Shown here in pieces: positions 28,766 through 37,923 of a DNA stretch of 64,000 nt. The translations under genes were made by a program, and so were the position numbers. The DNA is from an uncultured Gemmatimonadaceae bacterium (lineage in GTDB: Bacteria > Latescibacterota > UBA2968 > UBA8231). Below the pieces are notes generated by a model. That model saw only the letters and a program-made list of their open reading frames with translations, was not told the DNA's origin and ran no database searches. The stretch spans positions 4,342 through 68,341 of the forward strand of contig CAZPXM010000002.1 in NCBI GenBank assembly GCA_964591015.1, in the 5' to 3' direction. The number at the start of each line of letters is the position of its first letter. Within the stretch, counting starts at the first letter, position 1.

Positions 28766-31450
28766 CTAGATGTATACCGGGTTCTGCTTCTCCGGATCGA
28801 TGCCGAACTGGCGCCGAGCCCGCAGGGCCACTTCGGCCTCCAGCCTCCCCTGACGCACCAGGTCGGCCAGCGCGGCGCAGGCGATGCACTGCGCGTCTAC
28901 CTCGAAGTACCGGCGTAGCGCCGCCCGCGTCTCGCTCCGGCCGAAGCCGTCCGTGCCCAGGGGCACAGGCGGCCGCGGGAACCAGCGGGCGATGGTATCC
29001 GGCAGGGCCTTGAGGAAGTCGGAGGCCACCACGAAGGCGCCTTCGGCGCCCTGCAAGCACTGAGAGATCCATGGCTGCCGCGCGGGCTGGTCCGGGTGGA
29101 GCCAGTTCCAGCGCTCCGCGTCCAGACCGTCCTGGTGGAGCTCGCGGAAGCTGGTGATGCTCCACACGTCGGTGCTCACCTGGTACTCGGCCTCGAGGAG
29201 CTGCTGCGCCTGCAGAGCCTGGTTCACGATGCTGCCGCTGGCGAACAGGTGGGCGCGGAGCCGCGCCCGGGGCCGCGAGCCGGGCCGGAAGCGATAGAGA
29301 CCGCGGAGGATGCCCTCCTCGGCGCCTGCCGGCAGCTCGGGCATGGCGTAGGGCTCGTTGTGCACGGTGATGTAGTAGACGAGGTCCTCGCCCTGCTCGT
29401 ACATGCGGCGCATGCCCTCGCGCACGATGACGGCGACCTCGTAGCCGAAGCCGGGATCGTAGGCGCGGACATGCGGGCAGGTGTAGGCCGTCAGCTGGCT
29501 GTGGCCGTCCTGGTGCTGGAGTCCCTCGCCGTTGAGCGTGGTGCGGCCCGCGGTGGCGCCGATCAAGAAGCCGCGGGCGCGCTGGTCTCCGGCCGCGTAG
29601 ATCAGGTCCGCGACGCGCTGGAAGCCGAACATCGAGTAGAAGACGAAGAAGGGCAGCATGGGCAGCCGGTGCGTGCAGTAGGACGTCCCTGCGGCGATGA
29701 ATGACGACAGCGCGCCGGCCTCGGTGATGCCCTCCTCGATGAGCTGGCCGTCGCGCGCTTCCCGGTAGTAGGTCAGGCTCTCGCTGTCGACGGGGTCGTA
29801 GAGCTGACCTATGTGCGAGTAGATCCCGTACTGGCGGAACAGCGCCTCCATGCCGAAGGTGCGCGCCTCGTCGGGAACGATGGGCACCACGTGCCGGCCG
29901 AGGCGGCGGTCGGCCAGCAGCTTGGCCAGCAGGCGGACGAACACCATGGTCGTCGAGGCCTCGCGCCCCCCGCTGCCGCCGGCGAACTCGGCGAACAGCT
30001 CGGGGTCCGGCTGCGGCAGGGTCACGGCGAGCGGCGACCGGCGGGGCACGAAGCCGCCCAGCGCTTCGCGCCGTTCCACCAGGTAGCGCAGCTCGGGGCT
30101 GTCCGCGGGCGGACGGTAGAAGGACAGCGCCTCCACCTCGGCGTCCGAGAGCGGGATGCCAAAGCGGCTGCGGATCTGCTTGAGGACCTCGGGGTCGAGC
30201 TTCTTCTGCGTGTGGGCCGTCATGCGTCCCTCGCCCACCTCGCCCATGCCGTACCCCTTGATCGTCTTCGCCAGGACGACCGACGGCGCGCCGCGGAACT
30301 CGGTGGCCGCCTTGTACGCGGCGTACACCTTGTCCGGATCGTGGCCGCCGCGCCGGATGGTACGGATCTGCTCGTCGGTGAGCTGGCGCGACATCTCCAT
30401 CAGTCGGGGGTCCACGCCGAAGAAGTGGTGGCGCTGATACCGCCCGTCCGAGACGCTGTACTTCTGGTACTGCCCATCCACCAGTTCGCCCATCCGTTTG
30501 GCCAGCAGACCCTGATGGTCCTGCGCCAGCAGGCGGTCCCAGTCGCTGCCCCAGATGACCTTGATGACGTTCCAGCCGGCCCCGGCGAACACGGTCTCCA
30601 GCTCCTGGATGATCTTGCCGTTGCCGCGCACGGGACCGTCCAGCCGCTGGAGGTTGCAGTTGATCACGAAGATCAGGTTGTCCAGCTTCTCGCGCGCCGC
30701 CAGCGAGATGGCGCCCAGGCATTCGGGTTCGTCCGTCTCGCCGTCCCCGATGAAGGCCCAGACCCGGGCGTCCGAGGGGGACTGCAGGCCGCGGTCCTCC
30801 AGGTACCGGTTGAAGCGCGCCTGGTAGATGGCCATGATGGCGCTCAGCCCCATGGAGGCGGACGGGAACTCCCAGAAGTCGGGCATCAGGCGCGGGTGGG
30901 GGTAGGAGGGCAACCCGCCCCCGGGCGCCAGCTCGCGCCGGAAGTTGATCAGTCTCTCGATGCTCAGGCGGCCCTCCAGCATGGCGCGCGCGTAGATGCC
31001 CGGGGACGAGTGCGGCTGGAAGAAGACGAGATCGCCGCCGAAGTCCGCGGTGCGGCCGCGGATGAAATGGTTCAGCGCCACCTCGTACAGCATCGTCGCG
31101 GAGGAGTACGTGGCGATGTGGCCGCCCAGCGTCGCGTCCTGCTGGTTGGCGCGCACGACCATGATCATGGCGTTCCACCGCATGATGTTGCGGATGCGCC
31201 GCTCCAGGTCCTGGCTGCCCGGATAGGGTGGCTGCCGGTCGGCCGGGATGGTGTTGACGTACGGGGTGTTGGTGGCGAACGGCAGGGAGACGGCCCGCTG
31301 CCGCGCCCGGTTCTGCAGCTGCTCCAACAGCTCGCGAACGCGCTCGGGCCCGGATTCGTCCAGCACGTAGTCGAGCGACTCGAGCCATTCGCGGGTCTCG
31401 ACCGAGCGGGCGTCCTCGGCGGCGTGTGGGGCTGCACCAGAAGCTTCCAT
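28766..31450 (-). CDS. aceE: Pyruvate dehydrogenase E1 component, homodimeric type
   Basis: Close similarity to AceE signature regions (GGHIATYSSATMLYEV, GDGETDEPE...LDNLIFVINCNLQRLDGPVRGNGKIIQELE). The start is the ATG at 31450 and the protein is about 894 aa. No aceF or lpd lies adjacent. Confidence 0.85.
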   Translation of the reverse strand: MEASGAAPHAAEDARSVETREWLESLDYVLDESGPERVRELLEQLQNRARQRAVSLPFATNTPYVNTIPADRQPPYPGSQDLERRIRNIMRWNAMIMVVRANQQDATLGGHIATYSSATMLYEVALNHFIRGRTADFGGDLVFFQPHSSPGIYARAMLEGRLSIERLINFRRELAPGGGLPSYPHPRLMPDFWEFPSASMGLSAIMAIYQARFNRYLEDRGLQSPSDARVWAFIGDGETDEPECLGAISLAAREKLDNLIFVINCNLQRLDGPVRGNGKIIQELETVFAGAGWNVIKVIWGSDWDRLLAQDHQGLLAKRMGELVDGQYQKYSVSDGRYQRHHFFGVDPRLMEMSRQLTDEQIRTIRRGGHDPDKVYAAYKAATEFRGAPSVVLAKTIKGYGMGEVGEGRMTAHTQKKLDPEVLKQIRSRFGIPLSDAEVEALSFYRPPADSPELRYLVERREALGGFVPRRSPLAVTLPQPDPELFAEFAGGSGGREASTTMVFVRLLAKLLADRRLGRHVVPIVPDEARTFGMEALFRQYGIYSHIGQLYDPVDSESLTYYREARDGQLIEEGITEAGALSSFIAAGTSYCTHRLPMLPFFVFYSMFGFQRVADLIYAAGDQRARGFLIGATAGRTTLNGEGLQHQDGHSQLTAYTCPHVRAYDPGFGYEVAVIVREGMRRMYEQGEDLVYYITVHNEPYAMPELPAGAEEGILRGLYRFRPGSRPRARLRAHLFASGSIVNQALQAQQLLEAEYQVSTDVWSITSFRELHQDGLDAERWNWLHPDQPARQPWISQCLQGAEGAFVVASDFLKALPDTIARWFPRPPVPLGTDGFGRSETRAALRRYFEVDAQCIACAALADLVRQGRLEAEVALRARRQFGIDPEKQNPVYI

Positions 31451-31692
31451 CACGATCCTCTGCTGGGTGACAACGAACAGGGCGAGCCTCCAGGTTCGCG
31501 GGACGGCGCGGCCGTCCGGCGCGCGCGCTGCCGGTCGTGCGGCATCTCTGCGCGGCGCGGCCGGGAGGCAGCGCTGGCGGGCGAACTCGGGCGAACTAGT
31601 GTACCGGCAGGGCCCGCTGCGGGCAACGGCGCTGCCGGGCCGTGCCACCGCTCCAGCCTGGCGGTGGCTGACGGGCGCCAGCGGCCGCCCCC

Positions 31693-33390
31693 TCAACGGC
31701 CCGCGGGCCCCGCAGACAAGTCGAGGGTGAAGCGCGCGCCGCCGTCGGGGCTGGTCGTCGCGCACACCCGGCCGTCGTGCACGGCGGCGATGCGCTGCAC
31801 GATCGCCAGACCCAGGCCGACGCCGCCGGTATCCCCGGTGCGGCTGGCATCCAGCCGGAAGAACGGCTCGAAGACGCGCTCGCGCGCCTCGGCCGGCACG
31901 CCCTCGCCGTCATCGTCCACGTGGACCAGCACGCGTTCCCCGGTGTGCTGGGCCGTCAACCCGATCGCCCGCCGGGCATGCCGGACGGCATTGGTGCCCA
32001 GGTTGAGGACGGCTCGGCGCAGCAGCCGGGGCACCGCCCACACGCGCACATCGCCGGCCTCGACGCGGACCGCGATCTCCGGACGCAGATCGTTGAGGAC
32101 GGTGCGGATGTCGGCGAAGACCGCGGCCAGATCGACGCTCTCGCGCTCCTGGCTCTCCTGTGGCCCCTCGAGGCGCACGAACGCCAGCAGCTCCTCGACC
32201 AGGTCGTTCAGATCCTGCAGCGATCCCTCGACGCGGCGGAGGAGTTCCTGCCTTTCCGCCGGGTCGGTGGCGCTCTGGGCGTCGTCGACGAGGAAGAACA
32301 GCCGGGCCATCGGCGTGCGCAGCTCGTGCGAGACCGCCCGCAGCAGCTCGCGCTGTCGCTCGATCAGGCCGGCCAGGCGGTCGGCCATCTCGTTGAACCG
32401 GCGCGCCAACAGGGCGATGGCGTCGGCGCCGTGATCAGACGCGCGCCGATCCAGTCGTCCCCCGCCGAACTCGCGGGCGACCTCCGCCAGCGCGTAGATG
32501 CGCTTCTCGAACGGACGGAGCAGCCAGTACACCGCGGCGCCGATGAGCACGAGGATCCCCAGCAGGGCGCCGATCAGCACCTGCGCGTCCCGCAGCAGCG
32601 GCCGGCGCCACGGCGACAGCCGCTGCACCCGCTCGCGCGGCGGCGGCAGGCCGTCGCCGGTGCCGGCGTGCGCCAGCCAGGGCATGGCCGCGTGCTCCAC
32701 AGGACCGAGCTGGAGCACGCTGTCCGGTCCGGCCAGCACGTGGACCACCAGCCCGTTCGCCGTCCGCTGCGGGTAGGGCTCCCCCAGCTCCAGCGTGGCC
32801 CACGCCTCCGGAGGGAGCTGCACTTGCGCGCGGGGCAGCAGTCGCCGGCCGGTCCTGAGCTGCCGCTCCATCTCCGCCAGCGCGCGGGCGCGCTGCGCCG
32901 GATCGGCGCCGATCGAGCGGAGCCGCTGGCGCCACCGGGCCAGCCAGAAGGCAGGCCAGTCGGGCCCCGGTCGCGGCGGCCCGCCTCTGCCAGGTTCCCA
33001 TGGCCAGGGGCGCAACGGCCCGAGGACGAGGTAATGGCGCGGATCGAGCCCGGCGTAGAGCAGGCGCAGGCTGTCCCGCCAGACCAGCGCCGCGCGCCCC
33101 TGGGCCAGCTTGGCCAGCACGGCGCGCGACAGGAGCACGCTGTCGCGCGGCACGAGCGCCACGGGGAACGGCGTCTCGTCGACGATCTGCTCGAGGCGCC
33201 TGGCATCGGGATGCGCGTCATCGCCCGCCAGACGTTCCTTGATGCGCCAGACCCACGGCTCCATCGACTCCTCGAGCTGAGTGTCGATCAGCCGGCGCAT
33301 CTGGTGCTCGACCAGCAGGAGCGTCAGCACCGCGGCCAGCAGCAGCACCAGGGCGATGCCCACGTACACGCGCAGGAACTGCCGTCTCAC
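31693..33390 (-). CDS. Sensor histidine kinase (two TM segments flanking a periplasmic domain, HAMP, HisKA, HATPase_c)
   Basis: An H-box (SHELRTPM) and N/G-boxes (NLGTNAVRHA, DDGEGV, GVGLGLAIV). The GTG start at 33390 overlaps the upstream RR stop (GTGA). Confidence 0.8.
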   Translation of the reverse strand: MRRQFLRVYVGIALVLLLAAVLTLLLVEHQMRRLIDTQLEESMEPWVWRIKERLAGDDAHPDARRLEQIVDETPFPVALVPRDSVLLSRAVLAKLAQGRAALVWRDSLRLLYAGLDPRHYLVLGPLRPWPWEPGRGGPPRPGPDWPAFWLARWRQRLRSIGADPAQRARALAEMERQLRTGRRLLPRAQVQLPPEAWATLELGEPYPQRTANGLVVHVLAGPDSVLQLGPVEHAAMPWLAHAGTGDGLPPPRERVQRLSPWRRPLLRDAQVLIGALLGILVLIGAAVYWLLRPFEKRIYALAEVAREFGGGRLDRRASDHGADAIALLARRFNEMADRLAGLIERQRELLRAVSHELRTPMARLFFLVDDAQSATDPAERQELLRRVEGSLQDLNDLVEELLAFVRLEGPQESQERESVDLAAVFADIRTVLNDLRPEIAVRVEAGDVRVWAVPRLLRRAVLNLGTNAVRHARRAIGLTAQHTGERVLVHVDDDGEGVPAEARERVFEPFFRLDASRTGDTGGVGLGLAIVQRIAAVHDGRVCATTSPDGGARFTLDLSAGPAGR

Positions 33391-34103
33391 GGGCGCGCTC
33401 CGGCCATCAGGTACCCCACGCCGCGCACGGTCTTGATGAACTCCGGCGACGCGGGGTCGTCCTCCAGCTTCTGCCGCAAGCGCGAGACGTACACGTCGAT
33501 GCTGCGGTCCAGGCCATCGTAGTCGTAGTGATAGAGGGCCTGATACAGGTCCTGTCTGCTGACCACCTGACCTGCCCGCGAAGCCAGGTGCCACAACAGG
33601 TCGAACTCGACGGTGGTGACGCTGATGGGGCGGCCGGCCAGCAGCACCTCCCGGCGGCTGGCGTCCACCGCCAGGGCACCGATCTCGATGCGGGTGGGCT
33701 CGCCGGCACCGCGGCTGGCCGACATGGCGCGGCGCAGCAAGGCGCGCACGCGGGCCAGGAGCACGCGCGGCCGCACCGGCTTGGCCACGTAGTCGTCGGC
33801 TCCCAGCTCGAGGCCGAGGATCTGGTCCAGATCGTCGTCCCTGGCGGTCAGGATGAGGATGGGCCCGCGATAGAACGGCCGCACCTCGCGGCAGACCTGG
33901 AAGCCGTCCATGCCGGGCAGCATGATGTCGAGGATGACCAGGTCGGGCGGGCTGGCGCGGATCAGCTCCACCGCGCGGCGCCCGTCCACCTCCCGCTGCA
34001 CGCGGTAGCCCTCGCTCGCCAGGCGCTCGGCGATCAGCTCGGCCAGACCGACATCATCCTCCACCAGGACGATGGACGGGTTGCTGGCACCCTCGACGCC
34101 CAT
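33387..34103 (-). CDS. OmpR-family DNA-binding response regulator
   Basis: A REC domain (IVLVEDD...LDIMLPGMDG...KP) with a winged-helix Trans_reg_C (LLWHLASRAGQVVSRQDL...VYVSRLRQKLE...IKTVRGVGY). Confidence 0.85.
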   Translation of the reverse strand: MGVEGASNPSIVLVEDDVGLAELIAERLASEGYRVQREVDGRRAVELIRASPPDLVILDIMLPGMDGFQVCREVRPFYRGPILILTARDDDLDQILGLELGADDYVAKPVRPRVLLARVRALLRRAMSASRGAGEPTRIEIGALAVDASRREVLLAGRPISVTTVEFDLLWHLASRAGQVVSRQDLYQALYHYDYDGLDRSIDVYVSRLRQKLEDDPASPEFIKTVRGVGYLMAGARP

Positions 34104-34307
34104 CTCGCGCTTTCTCCCGCGGTCAGGGGACCGCCTCCCGGCCCGCCTGTCGTGTTCTCCCCGTCTCCAGTATCGCGCCGGCGGCCGCAGCCTGCTGTGC
34201 GGGTTGTGTAGCGGTATGTAGCGTTCGGTAACGGCACCGCCCAGCGCGGCCGCGGCCGCTGGCCACGGGCCGGTGCGGCGCGCCAGCGCGCGCCGCGGGC
34301 GCCCGTC

Positions 34308-35561
34308 TCAACCGAGCCAGACACAGCCCGCTCCCAGCCGCTGCACCGGCTGGGACGCGAAGGTGATCTTGAGCACGCAGATCTGTGCCAGCCGGTCCGG
34401 GTTGCGGCGCGGCAGCCCGCTGATCTTGAGTTGCTGCGCCGTCTGCTCGAAGTCGACCGGCGTGCCATCGTGGAGCAGGCAGATCTGCTTGACCTTGGTG
34501 CGGAAGCCACCGAGGGTGATCTGGCTGCCAGGCCAGCGGCTGCACCAGAAGTACCCGGTGCGCCCCTTGCGGGTCCAGGACCCCAGCGGGGACCATTCGA
34601 AGCAGCCGTCGGTGCGGTCGACAGCCCCGTACACCGCCTCGCCGTTCTTGCGCAGCCAGCGGCCCACGGGCAGCAGGCGGGCCACCGCCTCGGCGGGCAC
34701 GGAGCCGTCGGGGGCCGGGCCCACGTTGAGCAGCAGATTGCCGCCTCCCGCGGTCACCTGGCGCAGCATGTTCAGCACCGAGCGGGTGCTGTGCCAGTCT
34801 TCGGCGGGCGCGTACGGCATGTACCCCCAGGACCCGTTGAACGTCATGCAGGCCTCCCAGGCGCGGCCGGCTTCCTCGGGGCGGATGTGTTCCTCTGGCG
34901 TGCCGAAATCCTCCGGCAGGCGGGAGCGGTTGTTGATGATGATCTCGGGCTGAAGCTGCCGGACCATCTCGTTCATCTCGGCGCTGCGCCACTCCTCTGC
35001 GGTGCTCAGTGGCCAGGCGACGTCGTACCACAGGACATCGATCTTGCCGTAGTTCGACATGAGCTCGCGCACGCACCCGTGGGTGAATTCGACGAAGCGG
35101 GCGCGCGCCCTGGCGTCCCGCGCGCAGCGGGCCCCGTCGGGATGGTGCCAGTCCATCAGCGAGTAGTAGAACCCGATCCGCAGACCCTCGGCGCGGCAGG
35201 CCTCGACGTACTCCGCCACCAGGTCCCTTCCCGGCGAGCGACGCACGGCGTTGTAGTCGGTCATCCGGGTGTCCCACAGGCAGAACCCTTCGTGGTGCTT
35301 GGTGGTCATCACCATGTAGCGCATGCCTGCCTGTCTGGCGAGCCTGGCCCACTCCCGGGCCGGCCACTGCTTCACCTTCCAGGTGGCCGCGAGTCGCTCG
35401 TACTCCGCGATGGGGATGCGTTCGCGGTTCATGACCCACTCGTGGCGTCCCAGTTGGGAGTAGAGCCCCCAGTGGATGAACATCCCGAAGCGTGCCTCGT
35501 GCCACCATCGCATCCGCTGCGCGCGGGTACGGTCAGCCTGCGACTGCTCCTGCGTGGACAT
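34308..35561 (-). CDS. Alpha-L-fucosidase (GH29)
   Basis: GH29-like N-terminus (RMRWWHEARFGMFIHWGLYS, MTTKHHEGFCLWDT, GFYYSLMDW). The start is the ATG at 35561 with a GGGAGA RBS. Confidence 0.75.
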   Translation of the reverse strand: MSTQEQSQADRTRAQRMRWWHEARFGMFIHWGLYSQLGRHEWVMNRERIPIAEYERLAATWKVKQWPAREWARLARQAGMRYMVMTTKHHEGFCLWDTRMTDYNAVRRSPGRDLVAEYVEACRAEGLRIGFYYSLMDWHHPDGARCARDARARARFVEFTHGCVRELMSNYGKIDVLWYDVAWPLSTAEEWRSAEMNEMVRQLQPEIIINNRSRLPEDFGTPEEHIRPEEAGRAWEACMTFNGSWGYMPYAPAEDWHSTRSVLNMLRQVTAGGGNLLLNVGPAPDGSVPAEAVARLLPVGRWLRKNGEAVYGAVDRTDGCFEWSPLGSWTRKGRTGYFWCSRWPGSQITLGGFRTKVKQICLLHDGTPVDFEQTAQQLKISGLPRRNPDRLAQICVLKITFASQPVQRLGAGCVWLG

Positions 35562-35732
35562 CTTCTGTCTCCCGGAAACGGTTGCCGGCGACTTCTCGCC
35601 GCCAACGAGTGGCAATGCTTGCCGCTGCCCGCCGGGACGTCGCTCCCGTGGCTGGCAGGGCCGGTCCCAAGATGCGGCGGATCAGGAGGCCGGACAACAG
35701 CCGCCGCTGCCGGCTCCGCGCCCACAATCCGT

Positions 35733-35761
35733 TTGACAACGAGCGAACAGGCGCCTACATT
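35733..35761 (+). promoter_or_regulatory. Sigma-70-like promoter candidate (TTGACA-N17-TACATT) in the 440-bp divergent intergenic region
   Basis: A perfect -35 hexamer with 17-nt spacing to a 4/6 match -10 hexamer. It is oriented toward the secreted-protein gene starting at 36002, about 240 nt downstream. Confidence 0.25.
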
Positions 35762-36001
35762 GTCGCCGCGTGGCGTACAGCGGCGACTGCAGGACCTGCC
35801 GAGCATGCTCCTAGGTCGCTGCGAAACCAGACGTTGGCTGCCGCTGCCGGGCGCCGCGGGTCACGCTGGGCACGGGCGTCCAGGGCGGCGGGGCTCATCG
35901 TGCACGAAAGGAGGTGAAGCGGCGCCGAAGCATTCGTGACGCAGCACGATGGTCGGCAGTCATGGCAGGATCACCTCACCCAAACGAGGAGCTAGTTCGC
36001 G

Positions 36002-36925
36002 ATGCGCAAGATGCTCTATCTGACGCTGGCGATCGGCATGGTTGCGACGGCCGCGTACGGTCAGTTCTGGGATCCCCCCACGCTGGCCCAACGCAACGCC
36101 AGCGGCTTCTACTACTACATGCTCGAGGTTCCCAACGGCCACACCATGGTCGCTGACGGCAACGTCGCTGACTGGGCCTGGTTCGATCCGGACTACGTCA
36201 TCGCGATGGACGAGTGGCGCGACGAGGCCGACCGGCCGCTGCCCAACCGCGACGACCTGGACATCACCACGATGATGGCCTGGAAGGGCGCTCCGGAGAA
36301 CCGGTGGTATGTGTACATGAAGGCGCACGACGACACGCTGAATCACGGCGGCACCACGGTGAACCGCTGGTCCGGCGACATGCTCGGCTTCGCCATGGAC
36401 CCGCAGGATCACGGGCGTGACCGCGCCAACGGCGGCTACGGCATCGAGTTCGTCGCTGCTCCCGGCAACGTGAATGCCAACTACATGGAGCGGTACCCGG
36501 AGTCCGAAGGCGCTGCCGGGTTCGCGGCGTGGCGGGAGTACGGCGAGCCCCCGTGGCTGAACGGCGCGGTGACGGTTGATCCGGCCGAGGCGTGGGCTGC
36601 CGAAACGTGGACGTCGGACACCGGCGGCGAGACGGTGTACGAGTTCAACGTGTGGGTCGCCAACTACCTGGAGGACGGCGGACCAGCGGCCAGCCAGGCG
36701 CGCGACCTGAACGCGCAGGCCGGCGAGGATGGGTTCGGGTTGCCGGTGGTCTTCTGGTACGAGGACGGCGATCCGGCCTTCAACAACGACATGACCATCC
36801 GCGGCCCGGAGGCCTCGAGCCGCCAGTACTTCGCGGCCACCAGACTGCTCCGCATCGGGGAGTACCAGCAGCAGGGTACTGCGGTGGAGCAGAGCACCTG
36901 GGGTCGCATCAAGGGCTCCTTCTAG
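36002..36925 (+). CDS. Secreted hypothetical protein with a CBM9/DOMON-like putative carbohydrate-binding domain
   Basis: A signal peptide (MRKMLYLTLAIGMVATAAYG), an ACGAGGAG RBS, and a DGNVADWAWFDPDYVI region resembling family-9 CBM modules. The family assignment is tentative. Confidence 0.4.
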   Translation: MRKMLYLTLAIGMVATAAYGQFWDPPTLAQRNASGFYYYMLEVPNGHTMVADGNVADWAWFDPDYVIAMDEWRDEADRPLPNRDDLDITTMMAWKGAPENRWYVYMKAHDDTLNHGGTTVNRWSGDMLGFAMDPQDHGRDRANGGYGIEFVAAPGNVNANYMERYPESEGAAGFAAWREYGEPPWLNGAVTVDPAEAWAAETWTSDTGGETVYEFNVWVANYLEDGGPAASQARDLNAQAGEDGFGLPVVFWYEDGDPAFNNDMTIRGPEASSRQYFAATRLLRIGEYQQQGTAVEQSTWGRIKGSF

Positions 36926-36935
36926 CCCCGCTCAG

Positions 36936-36981
36936 CAATGGCTCCCTTTGCCTGCTTGCTGCTCGGCGAGGGGAGCCATTG
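36936..36981 (+). terminator. Stem-loop (11-bp perfect stem CAATGGCTCCC/GGGAGCCATTG, 24-nt loop) 10 nt after the stop of the 36002-36925 gene; candidate intrinsic terminator
   Basis: A perfect inverted repeat followed by a modestly T-containing tract (TGTCGT). Confidence 0.35.
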
Positions 36982-37184
36982 TGTCGTACGGTGGCTGTCG
37001 ATGCGCCGATCGGGCTGGCTGGATGCGGCTCAGCCGGCCCGATCGTCTTTCAGCGGTACGGACGCGTTGCGCTCCGGGCGTTGTGGGCTAACTCCATGCC
37101 ACGGAGGTCCCGGTGCTTGGTCGTGCAGGCAGAGCTGAGTCCATGCCCGCGTCTTCACCGATCCCTTCCCGGGGCAGAACTCCC

Positions 37185-37901
37185 ATGCGAACGCTTCGCT
37201 TGATCGCAGCCCTGCTGGTGCTGGTCGGCTGCGGACGCTATTTCCCTGGCCCGCTGCGGCCGATCGCCGAGCAAGCGGAACGGATGACGGTCAATGACGA
37301 CGGCTCGGTGACCTTCCGGCAGGACCGTCTGGAGATCATCCTGCAGCCCATGACCGATGAGCAGCTGAACCGCCAGTTCGGCGCCGCGTCGGTCGGTGGG
37401 GCGGAATCGACGAACCCCTACACCTATGGGAACTGGCGGCCCCTGGGCAGTGACCGGCCACCCGCTCGCTTCACGGTGTTCCAGCTCACGGTGCGCAACT
37501 ACCAGTACCCGAAGGTGGTCCTCGATCCGACCAAGGCGCGGCTGGCGACGACCAACAACCGGCAGTACGGGGCCCTGGCCTTCGCCCAGTTGGAGGAGTA
37601 CTACCGGGCTTATTGGATCGGGAGGAGCGGCCGGGGCCGCGAGCGCTTCGAGGCGCGCACCGACCTGCTGCGGCGGACCATGTTCCGCGCCGATCCGGTG
37701 TTCAGCGGCCAGGAGTCTCGGGGGTACCTCGTCTTCCCGTTGCTGCACGACGACGTCACCAAGCTCACGGTCACCGTCCCCGACATCGCGGTGCGCTTCG
37801 ACTATGCTGGCGATCCGGTCGAGACCATCGAGGTGAGCTACACGTTCGCGCGCGAGGTCTTCAGAGGGTACCAGACCCCGCCAGAACTGGCGAGGGAGTA
37901 G
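37185..37901 (+). CDS. Predicted lipoprotein of unknown function (first gene of the surface-protein locus)
   Basis: The signal peptide ends in the lipobox LVGC (MRTLRLIAALLVLVGCG). It ends 10-22 nt before the next gene. Confidence 0.5.
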   Translation: MRTLRLIAALLVLVGCGRYFPGPLRPIAEQAERMTVNDDGSVTFRQDRLEIILQPMTDEQLNRQFGAASVGGAESTNPYTYGNWRPLGSDRPPARFTVFQLTVRNYQYPKVVLDPTKARLATTNNRQYGALAFAQLEEYYRAYWIGRSGRGRERFEARTDLLRRTMFRADPVFSGQESRGYLVFPLLHDDVTKLTVTVPDIAVRFDYAGDPVETIEVSYTFAREVFRGYQTPPELARE

Positions 37902-37923
37902 CGATCCCAGCGTGGGACGAGCT

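Noticed and set aside
26523-31388. 1621-aa minus-strand ORF spanning hypE, the Ldh_2 gene and aceE
   Set aside because: It is an alternate-frame artefact. The real genes on both strands have clear family signatures.
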